A stretch of 64,000 nucleotides of DNA from NCBI GenBank assembly GCA_965223005.1, contig CBDCVK010000008.1:160001-224000 (forward strand). Direction: 5' to 3'. Origin of the DNA: Terriglobia bacterium (GTDB taxonomy: Bacteria > Acidobacteriota > Terriglobia > JAJPHL01 > JAPKYU01). Below are positions 42,528 to 53,022 of the stretch, in pieces; positions within the stretch are counted from its first letter, which is position 1; each line of letters starts with the position of its first letter. The notes beneath the pieces are model-generated. The model was not told the origin of the DNA. It saw nothing but the letters and a program-made list of their open reading frames with translations, and did not search any database. The position numbers and the translations under genes were made by a program.

Positions 42528-43121
42528 ATGAAGAGACGCTCTGCCAAAGTCGAGCGCAACACGACGGAAACGCAAATCCGCGCGCGGCTGGTGCTGGACG
42601 GTCGCGGGCGAGCCCGCGTCCGCACCGGCGTGCGCTTCCTGGACCACATGCTGGAGCTGTTTGCCAAGCACGGCGGCTTCGATCTCGACCTGCAGGCCAC
42701 CGGCGACCTGGACGTGGACCAGCACCATACCGTCGAGGACGTGGGCATCGTGCTCGGCCAGTGCTTCGACCGCGCTCTGGGCGACCGCCGCGGCATCAAC
42801 CGCGCCGGCTATTTCCTGATGCCCATGGACGAAACGCTGGCTTTGGCGGTGGTGGATTTGAGCGGGCGGCCTGTGTTGGTGTATCACGCACCACTGCGCG
42901 TGCGGCGGGTGGGCGACCTTCAGGCCGAACTGCTGGAGGACTTTTTCAGCGGCCTTGCCACTCATGTTCGAGCCAACCTGCACCTGAAGCTGCTCTATGG
43001 CCGCTCTTCCCACCACAAGGTTGAGGGGCTGTTCAAGGCGCTGGCCCGCGCCCTGCGCGTGGCCTGCTCGCGCGACCGCCGCTTGGCCCGCGAGCTGCCC
43101 AGCACCAAAGGCCTGTTGTGA
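42528..43121 (+). CDS. hisB: Imidazoleglycerol-phosphate dehydratase
   Basis: [41 protein letters not shown]. Confidence 0.96.
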   Translation: MKRRSAKVERNTTETQIRARLVLDGRGRARVRTGVRFLDHMLELFAKHGGFDLDLQATGDLDVDQHHTVEDVGIVLGQCFDRALGDRRGINRAGYFLMPMDETLALAVVDLSGRPVLVYHAPLRVRRVGDLQAELLEDFFSGLATHVRANLHLKLLYGRSSHHKVEGLFKALARALRVACSRDRRLARELPSTKGLL

Positions 43122-43159
43122 AGAGACAACGCAAAGTCGCAAAGACATCTAGGAACGCT

Positions 43160-43792
43160 ATGATCGCTGTCATTGATTACGGGGCAGGGAATTTGCGCTC
43201 GGTGTCGAATGCGCTGGCAGTGCTGGACGCCGAGTTCTTGGTCACCAAGGAACCGTCGGGGCTGGAGCAGGCCTCGGCCATCATTCTGCCCGGCGTGGGG
43301 CACTTCGGGCAGATGATGGAGGCGTTGGAAGCCGCCCGACTGGCCGCCCCGTTGCGCCAGAGGCTCGAGTCCGGTACGCCCTACCTGGGCATCTGCCTGG
43401 GAATGCAGGCGCTATTTGAATCAAGCGAAGAGGCACCGGGGCTACGCGGCCTGGCTCTGCTTCCGGGCCAAGTCCGGCGCTTCCCCACTGGCCAGAAAGT
43501 GCCGCACATGGGCTGGGCCGAAGTCGAGCCTGGCAGCGCCAAAGCAGGGGCGTTCCTTGCCCAAGTATGCGGCCGCATGTATTACTTCGCCCATTCCTAC
43601 TACGTGCCCGCCGATGCAGAGGGCTCCGCGGCTACCGCGCGGCACGGGTTGCCGTTCACTGCGGTGCTGCGCCGCGCTAACCTGGTCGGCTCACAGTTCC
43701 ATCCTGAAAAGTCGGGGCCGGCCGGACTCAATTTCCTGCGCACCTGGGTTGAGCAATGCCAGCAAAACGCATCATCGCCTGCCTCGACGTGA
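43160..43792 (+). CDS. hisH: Imidazole glycerol phosphate synthase, glutaminase subunit
   Basis: [37 protein letters not shown]. Confidence 0.95.
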   Translation: MIAVIDYGAGNLRSVSNALAVLDAEFLVTKEPSGLEQASAIILPGVGHFGQMMEALEAARLAAPLRQRLESGTPYLGICLGMQALFESSEEAPGLRGLALLPGQVRRFPTGQKVPHMGWAEVEPGSAKAGAFLAQVCGRMYYFAHSYYVPADAEGSAATARHGLPFTAVLRRANLVGSQFHPEKSGPAGLNFLRTWVEQCQQNASSPAST

Positions 43793-44517
43793 AGGACGGG
43801 CGCGTGGTCAAAGGCGTCCGCTTCGTCAACCTGCGGGACGCCGGCGATCCGCCCGACCTGGCGGCCGCCTACAGCGAAGTGGGCATTGACGAGGTGGTAT
43901 TTCTGGACATCACCGCGTCGGCCGAAGGACGCGGGCTGATGGTCGGGATCGTGGAGCGCACAGCGCAGAAGGTGTTCATCCCGCTGGCGGTGGGCGGCGG
44001 CGTGCGCAACGTGGAGGACGCGCGGCGCCTGCTCCGCGCCGGCGCCGACAAGGTTTCGGTAAACACGGCAGCGGTGGAGCGCCCGGCATTGCTCACCGAG
44101 ATGTCCCGCGAGTTTGGCGCGCAGGCGGTGGTACTGGCCATAGACGCAAAGCGTGAGGGGAATGGCTGGCGCGTCCACACCTACGGCGGGCGCCGTCCGG
44201 TTGAGCGGGACGCGGTAGCCTGGGCCGCGGAGGGGGAGCGGCTGGGTGCGGGGGAAATCCTGCTGACCTCGATGGATTGCGACGGCACCAAGGCTGGCTT
44301 TGATTGCGAGCTGACCCGGGCGGTGGCCCGCGCGGTGGGCATCCCCGTCATCGCCTCCGGCGGTGGAGGTGAGCCGGCGCATTTCTATGACGTGCTGACC
44401 GCAGGGCAGGCCGACGCGGCGCTGGCCGCCTCCATCTTCCACTACGCCGAGATTCCCGTCAGCGACCTGAAGCGCTACCTCGACCAGCGCGGTGTCCCCA
44501 TGCGCATGATCGAATAG
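43756..44517 (+). CDS. hisF: Imidazole glycerol phosphate synthase, cyclase subunit
   Basis: [54 protein letters not shown]. Confidence 0.96.
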   Translation: MPAKRIIACLDVKDGRVVKGVRFVNLRDAGDPPDLAAAYSEVGIDEVVFLDITASAEGRGLMVGIVERTAQKVFIPLAVGGGVRNVEDARRLLRAGADKVSVNTAAVERPALLTEMSREFGAQAVVLAIDAKREGNGWRVHTYGGRRPVERDAVAWAAEGERLGAGEILLTSMDCDGTKAGFDCELTRAVARAVGIPVIASGGGGEPAHFYDVLTAGQADAALAASIFHYAEIPVSDLKRYLDQRGVPMRMIE

Positions 44518-44528
44518 GAATTTAATGA

Positions 44529-44591
44529 ATCCGCAGATTGCGCAGATTTTCACAGATTTCTTTTTCTGCGGAATCTGCGAAATCCGCGGAT
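44529..44591. repeat. REP-like element, CCGCAGAT family, copy 2
   Basis: ATCCGCAGATTGCGCAGATTTTCACAGAT...TCTGCGGAATCTGCGAAATCCGCGGAT. Confidence 0.8.
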
Positions 44592-45309
44592 GTTTCCCAT
44601 GATTATTCCGTGCATTGACTTGATGGAAGGCAAGGCGGTGCAACTGGTGCGCGGCCAGACGAAGGCCCTGGAGCGCGCCGACGTTCTGGGGCAACTGGAG
44701 GAGTTCGCCGGCTTTCCTGAAATCCAGGTCATTGACCTGGATGCCGCCATGGGCAGAGGAAGCAACGACCCTCTGGTGCGCCAGCTCTGTGCCCGCGCGC
44801 GCTGCCGCGTGGGCGGCGGCGTGCGCACTACGGCCCGCGCCGAGCAGTTGCTCGGTGCGGGGGCGAGCAAGCTGATTGTCGGCACCTCCGCTTTTCACAG
44901 CCAGGGGATCAACGCGCCGTTCCTGGAGTCGCTGCGGGACGCCTCCGGCGCTGCATGCATCATCCTGGCGCTGGACTCCCACCATGGCCGCATTGTGGTG
45001 CGGGGCTGGCGCGAGTCCACCGGGCTGGCGGCTGAGCAGATCGTGCGCGAGCTAGAGCCTTACTGTGGCGAGTTCCTGTGCACCTTTGTGGATAACGAAG
45101 GCACCATGACCGGCACGGACCTGGAGTGGTTCCGGCGGCTCCGCCAGGCCACCGCGAGGCCCATCACGGCTGCCGGTGGCATCGCCACCCTGGAAGAGAT
45201 CGCTGCCCTCGATGAGCTGGGGATCCATGCCGCGCTGGGCATGGCGGTCTATACCGGCCGCCTGCGCCTGGAGGATCTGCGCGCCTTTCGCCCACGGACT
45301 GCCGGATGA
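44590..45309 (+). CDS. hisA: ProFAR isomerase
   Basis: IIPCIDLMEGKAVQLVRG, IDLDAA, VGGGVR, EGTMTG; start may be the ATG at 44599. Confidence 0.9.
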   Translation: MFPMIIPCIDLMEGKAVQLVRGQTKALERADVLGQLEEFAGFPEIQVIDLDAAMGRGSNDPLVRQLCARARCRVGGGVRTTARAEQLLGAGASKLIVGTSAFHSQGINAPFLESLRDASGAACIILALDSHHGRIVVRGWRESTGLAAEQIVRELEPYCGEFLCTFVDNEGTMTGTDLEWFRRLRQATARPITAAGGIATLEEIAALDELGIHAALGMAVYTGRLRLEDLRAFRPRTAG

Positions 45310-45362
45310 GCGCCTTTGTGCTAGAATCCGCTCGACAGGCTAAACCCGGAGGAGGTGGAGCT

Positions 45363-45677
45363 ATGACCAGGCTAGGAAGCTTGTTTGGCATTGGGCTGTT
45401 GCTGATGGGGCCGCTGGTTGCCGCGCAGCACGCCGTGGCCGGCAAGGAGAAGACTGTCTCGCTCGCAATCAGCGGCATGACCTGAAACGCCTGCGCCAGC
45501 ACAGTGCGGTCTGCACTGCAAGAGGTGAAGGGCGTCAAGGAAGCCAAGGTCTCACTGGCGGACAACGAGGCCGTCGTGAAATACGACCCCGAGGTCTGCA
45601 AAGTCGACGACCTCATCCAAGCGGTGAAGAAGGCGCGCGGGATGAGCCGGTACGACGCCAAGGTCAAAAAGAAGTAG
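45363..45677 (+). CDS. Exported heavy-metal-associated (MerP/CopZ-like) selenoprotein with UxxC motif; absent from the ORF track
   Basis: GGAGGAGG RBS, ATG 45363, signal peptide, KTVSLAISGMT-TGA(45483-85)-NACASTVRSALQEVKGVKEAKVSL...AVVKYDP...DDLIQAVKK; frame open to TAG 45677 (104 aa). Confidence 0.85.
45486..45518 (+). promoter_or_regulatory. Putative bacterial SECIS element
   Basis: CAGTGC-GGTCT-GCACTG hairpin; loop begins 22 nt after the UGA and resembles the E. coli fdhF SECIS tip (UGCAGGUCUGCA). Confidence 0.75.
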
Positions 45678-45695
45678 TTTGCCGTTGGTTGATTC

Positions 45696-45758
45696 GTAGC
45701 GGCGCTTTTAAAGCGCCACGGCCAGCCGCCAGGGTGGGAGGCTGAAGTGTGCCGCTGC
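45696..45758. repeat. GTAG-type REP-like element
   Basis: GTAGCGGCGCTTTTAAAGCGCC...GCTGAAGTGTGCCGCTGC: GTAG foot, internal palindrome and inverted partner. Confidence 0.55.
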
Positions 45759-45867
45759 CGCCTGAGCCAGGGCTATTCGCCTGGCATTTTCTAGGACTCA
45801 GGACAGAACTTCCTGAGCAAACTCAAATGATTGTAAATAAATGGCTTCTTTGCCGGAAGCTCGCCTA

Positions 45868-45896
45868 TTGACTTTCGCTTTTAATTCGCCTACCAT
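45868..45896 (+). promoter_or_regulatory. Promoter of the PolB2 cassette with direct-repeat operator candidate
   Basis: TTGACT, 17-nt spacer, TACCAT; spacer contains TTCGC-N6-TTCGC (45874-45889). Confidence 0.65.
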
Positions 45897-45955
45897 GAAT
45901 TTGCTAGCGATTGCTGAGTGGCTGCCCGCAACGCCCCGAGTGCGGCTTGGCCTCT

Positions 45956-46573
45956 ATGAGTTTGGTGCCTGCAACCCCGAGCCTTCGTCTCCCTGTGGCA
46001 GGGCAACCCTGGCGGCTGCCCGCGCAGGGGTTAGCAGTCTTTCAGGGGGAGGGTTGCGCGGCGCGGCTTTCTCACTATTTCCTTCCGCGGGTCTTTCTCG
46101 CCGGCAAGCATGTCCTGTACCTGGACGGCGCCAACCGGGTGGACCCTCTGCTGATCGCGCGCTTTGCGCGGCAGCGCGGACGTGAGCCGGCGGAGTTCAA
46201 TCGCCGCATAAAAGTCGCCCGCGCCTTCACCTGTTTCCAGCTTACCGAATTGCTGGCCCGGGTGCCGCGGGCGCTTCGAGCCTTTCCGGCGGACATTCTG
46301 ATCGTCACTGCCTTCCCGGATTTGTATTTCGATGAAGACGTGCCCGATGGTGCCGCGTACGCCTCCTTCGGTCAGGCCCTCCAGCACTTGAAGCGACTGC
46401 GCGCGTCGCTGCCGGTGGCGGTGTTCTCTGACGCTGCCTCCTTCACCACGCCGCGAAGAAGATTGTTCGACCGGGTGGTCGCCGGGGCGGACCAGGTATG
46501 GAGGTTCACGCTGCAGGCGGACGGAAAACCGCAACTGCTCTGCGAACGCTCCTGCCTGCGGTTACCTGCTTGA
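45956..46573 (+). CDS. Inactivated RadA/RecA-like protein (iRadA, ImuA-analogous)
   Basis: RecA-fold remnants VLYLDGANRVDP, IKVARAFTCFQL, ILIVT; Walker A eroded (FQGEGCA, no GKT). Confidence 0.75.
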   Translation: MSLVPATPSLRLPVAGQPWRLPAQGLAVFQGEGCAARLSHYFLPRVFLAGKHVLYLDGANRVDPLLIARFARQRGREPAEFNRRIKVARAFTCFQLTELLARVPRALRAFPADILIVTAFPDLYFDEDVPDGAAYASFGQALQHLKRLRASLPVAVFSDAASFTTPRRRLFDRVVAGADQVWRFTLQADGKPQLLCERSCLRLPA

Positions 46574-46580
46574 GAGCGCT

Positions 46581-46949
46581 ATGGGTCGCACCGTTCCAAC
46601 CTTTCGCCAGCTGATTGATCAGGCGGTAGAGCGCTGGGCGAAGTTCCGCCGGGCGCTGCGGCGGGAGGATCAGGAGCATTTCGACCGCCTGTTCCTGCGC
46701 GTCCGCTCCTACACGCAGGCGGCGACCTACCAGGCGAGCGACAATCCGATGGAAGCCATCCTGCTGTCCATCGCGCTGGACCAGGAGAAGCGATTGCGGG
46801 CACTCGAGCGGCGCCTGTGGCAAGCGGAGGGAGGGCATGCGACTACAAGGATGGCTCCTGGACCTCTATCCCAGCCCGCAGGGGATGACCCTGTGGTTGA
46901 TCGAAGAGGGCCAGACGCGCCACCGCCAGAGACACCATCGGCTGATTGA
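46581..46949 (+). CDS. Small helical PolB2-associated protein (arCOG07300/PPB2-like)
   Basis: MGRTVPTFR...W.KFRRALRREDQ.HFD.LF...PMEAILLSI.L signature; overlaps the polB start. Confidence 0.8.
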   Translation: MGRTVPTFRQLIDQAVERWAKFRRALRREDQEHFDRLFLRVRSYTQAATYQASDNPMEAILLSIALDQEKRLRALERRLWQAEGGHATTRMAPGPLSQPAGDDPVVDRRGPDAPPPETPSAD

Positions 46950-49119
46950 TCCGTTTACGCCCGCCTTCTTCGCACACGGTGCCCCGACCCGGCTGCGGCG
47001 GCTTCAGGAGGCCCTCGGGCGGCGAACTCCCCTGAGGTGCCAACTGACCGAGCGCGCCGATCTGTGGCAGCCAACACCGCTCCAGGTGCTGGAGGTCACT
47101 GTCCCGTACCCCACCGCGTTTGCCTCCTGGGTGCGCTGGGTTCATCGGTTCGATCCCGACCTACGGCTCTACAACAGCGACCTCATGCTTGCCCCCCTCT
47201 ATTGCTGGGAGAAGCGGGTGTTCCCCTTCGCCCGAGTGGAGGTGGAGGTGGACGACAAGGGGCAGGTGCGTGCTCTCCAGTGCCAGGACAGCGAGTGGGC
47301 GCTGGACTACCCGCTGCCGCCGCTCCAGGTGATGCACCTGCGGCTGGAGGGGCTGTCGGCGGTCAACCCCCGGCACGGACGGCGCGGCGCGCTGGAGGTG
47401 GAGGTGGACGGCGAGTGCTCGGTCATCGAAGAATCCGCCGAGCCTGCGGTGGTCACAGTGCAGCACCTTGTGGAGCGGCACGACCCGGATCTGATCCTCT
47501 CGGAGTGGGGCGACTCCACCATCTTTCCGCTCCTGCGCCAGCAAGCCCAGCGGTTGAACCTTCCCCTGCCGCTCAACCGGGATGCCAGCCTGCCGGTGCA
47601 CCAGAGCCGCGCCCGAAGCTTTATGAGCTACGGGCGGATTCTGTTCAAGGACAGCGCAACCACGCTCTACGGGCGGCTGCACGTGGATCTGAGCAATTCC
47701 TTCATCGCCGATCATTGCCAGCAGGACGGGCTGTGGGAGCTGGCCCGGCTCACCAAGCTGCCGGTGCAGTATGCCGCCCGCACGACCACCGGCACGGGCA
47801 TCTCTTACATGCAGATGGAGGTGGCCTACCGCGACGGCATCCTCATCCCGGAGCAAAAGAGTGAGCCAGAGGACTTCAAGCACCCCGACCAGCTTCTGAT
47901 CGCCGACCGCGGCGGGCTGGTCTTCCCACCCATCCTGGGGTTCCACGAGAACGTGGCCGAGCTGGACTTCCCCTCCCAGTTCCCCAGCATCATGGTGCAC
48001 TTCAATGTGTCCTCGGAGACGGTGAATTGCCGCTGCTGCCCGGAGAGTCCCCCCATTCCCGAGGTGGGCTACCGCATCTGCCGCAAGCGGCAAGGAGTGG
48101 TGGGACGCACCGTCGCCCCGCTGATTGAAAAACGGCAGCAGTACAAAGAGCACATGCGGCAAACCGCAGACGCCGCCTTGCTGGAGACCTACCGGCGCCG
48201 CCGGGAGGCGCAGAAGTGGCTGCTGGTCTGCTGCTTCGGCTATTTGGGGTACAAGAACGCCCGGCTGGGCAAGATTGAGGCTCACGAGAGCATCAATGCC
48301 ATCGGGCGCGAGCAGCTTCTGGTGGCCAAGGAAACGGCCGAGCAGCGCGGGTTCCGCGTCCTGCACGCCATCGTGGACAGCATGTACGTGCAGAAACCGC
48401 AGGCCGTCCGGGAAGACTATCTGGCGCTGGCCGAGGAGATTGGCGAGCGGGCCGGCTTGCCTATTGCGCTGGAGGCCCTGTATCGCTACATCGTGTTCCT
48501 GCCTTCCAAGCAATTTGCCGGCGTCCCGGTGCCCAACCGCTTCTTCGCCGTCAGCGAGGAAGCCGAGTTGAAGGTGCGGGGCCTGGAGTGTCGCCGCCAC
48601 GACACTCCGCCCCTGGTCGCCCGGATGCAGAAGCAAATCCTCGCTATCCTGGCCGAAGCGTGCGACCGCCAGAGTTATCGCCAGAAGCTGGAGGAAGCCC
48701 GCGGTGTGCTGGAGCGCTACCTGGAGCGGCTGGAGAGTGGCATGGTGGCGGTGGAGGATTTGGTGATCAGCAAGCGTCTCACCCGTCCGCCGCGCGACTA
48801 TCAGAAGGCCAGCCTGACGGCCATCGCCGCCCAGCAACTGTTCGGGCGAGGCGTGCAGCTCCGTCCGGGGCAGACGGTGGAGTACGTCATCACCGACGCG
48901 GCGGCCGCGCTCCCCAATGACCGCGTCCGCGCCTATGCCCTGTGGGAAGGCTGGCACGGCTATGACCGCAAGAAATACCGCGACCTGTTACTGGAAGCTT
49001 TTCACACCCTGGAAAGCCCCTTCCGCGCCTCTCTGCCAACGTCCGCCCAACCAAGGTTGACCGTCTCGTCTTCCAGCGTCGCGCAGCCTCCCGTAGAAAC
49101 CAGCGGTTTACCGCGCTAG
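46837..49119 (+). CDS. Family B DNA polymerase, PolB2 group, with altered catalytic motifs
   Basis: DRGGLVFPP..GFHENV.ELDFPSQFPSIM..NVS.ET, KWLLVCCFGYLGYKNAR.GKIEAHE.INA..R, HAIVDS, KVRGLE.RR.DTP; GGAGGG RBS. Confidence 0.9.
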   Translation: MRLQGWLLDLYPSPQGMTLWLIEEGQTRHRQRHHRLIDPFTPAFFAHGAPTRLRRLQEALGRRTPLRCQLTERADLWQPTPLQVLEVTVPYPTAFASWVRWVHRFDPDLRLYNSDLMLAPLYCWEKRVFPFARVEVEVDDKGQVRALQCQDSEWALDYPLPPLQVMHLRLEGLSAVNPRHGRRGALEVEVDGECSVIEESAEPAVVTVQHLVERHDPDLILSEWGDSTIFPLLRQQAQRLNLPLPLNRDASLPVHQSRARSFMSYGRILFKDSATTLYGRLHVDLSNSFIADHCQQDGLWELARLTKLPVQYAARTTTGTGISYMQMEVAYRDGILIPEQKSEPEDFKHPDQLLIADRGGLVFPPILGFHENVAELDFPSQFPSIMVHFNVSSETVNCRCCPESPPIPEVGYRICRKRQGVVGRTVAPLIEKRQQYKEHMRQTADAALLETYRRRREAQKWLLVCCFGYLGYKNARLGKIEAHESINAIGREQLLVAKETAEQRGFRVLHAIVDSMYVQKPQAVREDYLALAEEIGERAGLPIALEALYRYIVFLPSKQFAGVPVPNRFFAVSEEAELKVRGLECRRHDTPPLVARMQKQILAILAEACDRQSYRQKLEEARGVLERYLERLESGMVAVEDLVISKRLTRPPRDYQKASLTAIAAQQLFGRGVQLRPGQTVEYVITDAAAALPNDRVRAYALWEGWHGYDRKKYRDLLLEAFHTLESPFRASLPTSAQPRLTVSSSSVAQPPVETSGLPR

Positions 49120-50018
49120 CTGGTGGTGGGTTCTTCGATGGCGCCGGAGCGGCGGACCACCTCCAGGAAGGCGCGGGCCGCGTGGGAAAGATGGCGGCGG
49201 CCGGGGTGCAGCAGGCGGATCTTGCGCTCCACGCGCAGCTCCTTGATGGGCACCTCGACCAGCGTGCCCGCCTCCAGCTCCTGCTCCACCACCATCCGCG
49301 GCAGAAAGGCCACCCCCATCCGCGACTGCACCGCCTTCTTGATGGCCTCCAGCGTGGGCATCTCCACCTCCATATTGAGCGGCACTTTGTGCTTCTGGAA
49401 AGCGCGCAGCACGGTTTGCCGGTAGGGGGAAATGACGTTGTGGGCGATAAAGATCTCGATCCCCAGGTCCCGGATCTTGACTGTCTGCTTCCCCCCAAGG
49501 CGGTGTCCCGGATAGACCACAAAGGCCAGATGGTCGGTGTAGATGATCATGGACCGAAGGTTGCGGTCCGCAGGCTCGTAGGAGATGACGCCCAGTTCCA
49601 CCGAATTCTCCAGCACGTCCTGCGGGATGCGGCTGGAGAGGCTGCGGCGCACCTCCACCTTCAGCCGCGGGTAGAGGGCGCGGAAGTTGTGAACGTGGCG
49701 CAGCAGGTAGATGACGCCGCTCTCGTTGGCGCCGATGGTGAGCCGTCCGGTGCTGTTGTCGCGCAGCTCCACCAGCGCGTTGTTCAGGTCGCGGCGCAGG
49801 TTCTCAAACTTTTGCGCGTACTCCAGCACGATGCGCCCGGCGTCGGTGAGCGTGCCGTCTTTCAGCGAGCGGTCCACCAGCGTCTCGCCTAATTCCGCCT
49901 CCAGCTTTTGCAGCGCTAGGCTGACGGCGGGCTGGGTCCGCAACAGCCGCTGGGCGGCCCGGGAGAAGCTTTTTTCGGTGGCCACGGCCAGGAAGACTTC
50001 CAGTTGGCTGAGTTCCAT
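49116..50018 (-). CDS. LysR-family transcriptional regulator
   Basis: SFSRAAQRLLRTQPAVS..LQKLEAELG HTH, GRLTIGA, EAIKKAVQ..MGVAFLP; divergent from leuA. Confidence 0.95.
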   Translation of the reverse strand: MELSQLEVFLAVATEKSFSRAAQRLLRTQPAVSLALQKLEAELGETLVDRSLKDGTLTDAGRIVLEYAQKFENLRRDLNNALVELRDNSTGRLTIGANESGVIYLLRHVHNFRALYPRLKVEVRRSLSSRIPQDVLENSVELGVISYEPADRNLRSMIIYTDHLAFVVYPGHRLGGKQTVKIRDLGIEIFIAHNVISPYRQTVLRAFQKHKVPLNMEVEMPTLEAIKKAVQSRMGVAFLPRMVVEQELEAGTLVEVPIKELRVERKIRLLHPGRRHLSHAARAFLEVVRRSGAIEEPTTS

Positions 50019-50028
50019 GGCGGTGAGT

Positions 50029-50043
50029 ATAACAGAAGCTTAT
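50029..50043. promoter_or_regulatory. LysR binding site (T-N11-A dyad)
   Basis: ATAA-CAGAAGC-TTAT in the AT-rich lysR/leuA spacer. Confidence 0.65.
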
Positions 50044-50131
50044 CTTCCTACAAGAATTATAAATTTGCGTTATCCAGCCAGGTCCGGCATGCTAGGACTT
50101 TCGGCACTGAGCGTCAGCCCCGGAGGTTTCG

Positions 50132-51706
<1,575 letters not shown>

Positions 51707-51708
51707 TA

Positions 51709-51802
51709 ATCCGCAGATTGCGCAGATTTCGCAGATGCTGAGGCTCGACCCGGAGAGTCCCGGCTGGCCGCCCATGTGTGCCAATCTGCGACATCTGCGG
51801 AT
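51709..51802. repeat. REP-like element, CCGCAGAT family, copy 3
   Basis: ATCCGCAGATTGCGCAGATTTCGCAGAT...AATCTGCGACATCTGCGGAT between leuA and leuB. Confidence 0.8.
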
Positions 51803-51894
51803 AGAAAAATGCTTCCATTTTCTTCCCGCATACGAATACTTTCGTGAGGGGAGAAGTTGAGCGTTTCATGCTAAGAGAGGTTCACTAAAAATTC

Positions 51895-52944
51895 ATGCGC
51901 TTAAAAATTGCGGTTTTGCCCGGGGACGGAATCGGCGTCGAAGTGACCTGCGAAGCGATGAAGGTCATCGAGCGAGTGGCCAAACTTTTCGGCCACGACG
52001 TAGAAACCTGTCAAGGATTGGTGGGCGGCGCGGCCATTCACGCCACAGGCGACCCGCTGCCCCCGGAAACGTTGGAGGCGGCGCGGGACTGTGCCGCCAT
52101 CTTGTTTGGCGCGGCTGGCGCGCCGGAATTCGACAACTGGCCCGCCGAGAAGCGCCCGGAACGCGGCCTGCTCCGCCTGCGCAAGGAGTTGGACCTGTTC
52201 GCCAACCTGCGCCCGGCGCGCATCCTCCCGGGGCTGGAGAGATTTTCTCCACTACGGGCCGAGGTGGTGCAAGGCACCGACCTGTTGATGGTCCGCGAGC
52301 TCTCGAGCGGCATCTACTACGGCACGCCGCGCGAGCTGGCCGCCGACCACGGGCTGAACACCCTGCTCTACACGCGGCAGGAAGTCGATCGAGTCGCGCG
52401 CACCGCCTTTGAACTGGCCCGAGGGCGCCGCAAGAAGCTGACCTCGGTGGACAAGGCCAACGTTCTGGAAACGTCGCAGTTCTGGCGGGGAGTGGTCAAC
52501 GAAGTCGCCGCTGAATTTCCCGACGTCGAGCTGGAGCATGCCCTGGTAGATAGCTGCGCGATGAGGCTGGTGACGGATCCGCGCACCTTCGACGTGTTGC
52601 TGACCGAGAACATGTTCGGCGACATCCTCAGCGACGAAGCGGCCGTACTGGCCGGCTCCCTCGGCATGCTGGCCTCGGCCTCGCTGGGCAGCGGTCCCGG
52701 GCTCTACGAGCCGGTGCACGGCAGCGCGCCGGACATCGCCGGTCAGGACGCCGCCAACCCGCTAGGCGCGATCGGGTCGGCGGCCCTGATGCTTCGCCAT
52801 TCGTTCAAGCTGGAGCGCGAGGCGTCGGCGATTGAAGCGGCCGTGGAGCAGGTGGTGGCTTCCGGAATGCGGACGCCCGACTTGGGCGGCCGGGCCGGCA
52901 CCCGCCAGGTGGGCGATGCCCTCTGCCAGGCGCTGCGCTCCTGA
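51895..52944 (+). CDS. leuB: 3-isopropylmalate dehydrogenase
   Basis: [46 protein letters not shown]. Confidence 0.96.
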   Translation: MRLKIAVLPGDGIGVEVTCEAMKVIERVAKLFGHDVETCQGLVGGAAIHATGDPLPPETLEAARDCAAILFGAAGAPEFDNWPAEKRPERGLLRLRKELDLFANLRPARILPGLERFSPLRAEVVQGTDLLMVRELSSGIYYGTPRELAADHGLNTLLYTRQEVDRVARTAFELARGRRKKLTSVDKANVLETSQFWRGVVNEVAAEFPDVELEHALVDSCAMRLVTDPRTFDVLLTENMFGDILSDEAAVLAGSLGMLASASLGSGPGLYEPVHGSAPDIAGQDAANPLGAIGSAALMLRHSFKLEREASAIEAAVEQVVASGMRTPDLGGRAGTRQVGDALCQALRS

Positions 52945-53022
52945 CCGCAGCCGCGTCTGGGGCACGACATCTGGGGACTCAGACTATTTTTGCGGATGAT
53001 GGGGGTTGCTGAAAGGTGAAGG

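Noticed and set aside
39949-44985. Long minus-strand ORFs across the his operon (similar ones over tgpA, rimO, polB, leuA)
   Set aside because: Antisense shadows with no recognisable motifs.
45164-45667. 167-aa minus-strand ORF
   Set aside because: Antisense to hisA and to the HMA selenoprotein, which has the RBS and family motifs.
46837-49119. PolB as part of a casposon, pipolin or prophage
   Set aside because: No cas1, integrase, terminal repeats or phage genes nearby; motifs and partner genes fit cellular PolB2.
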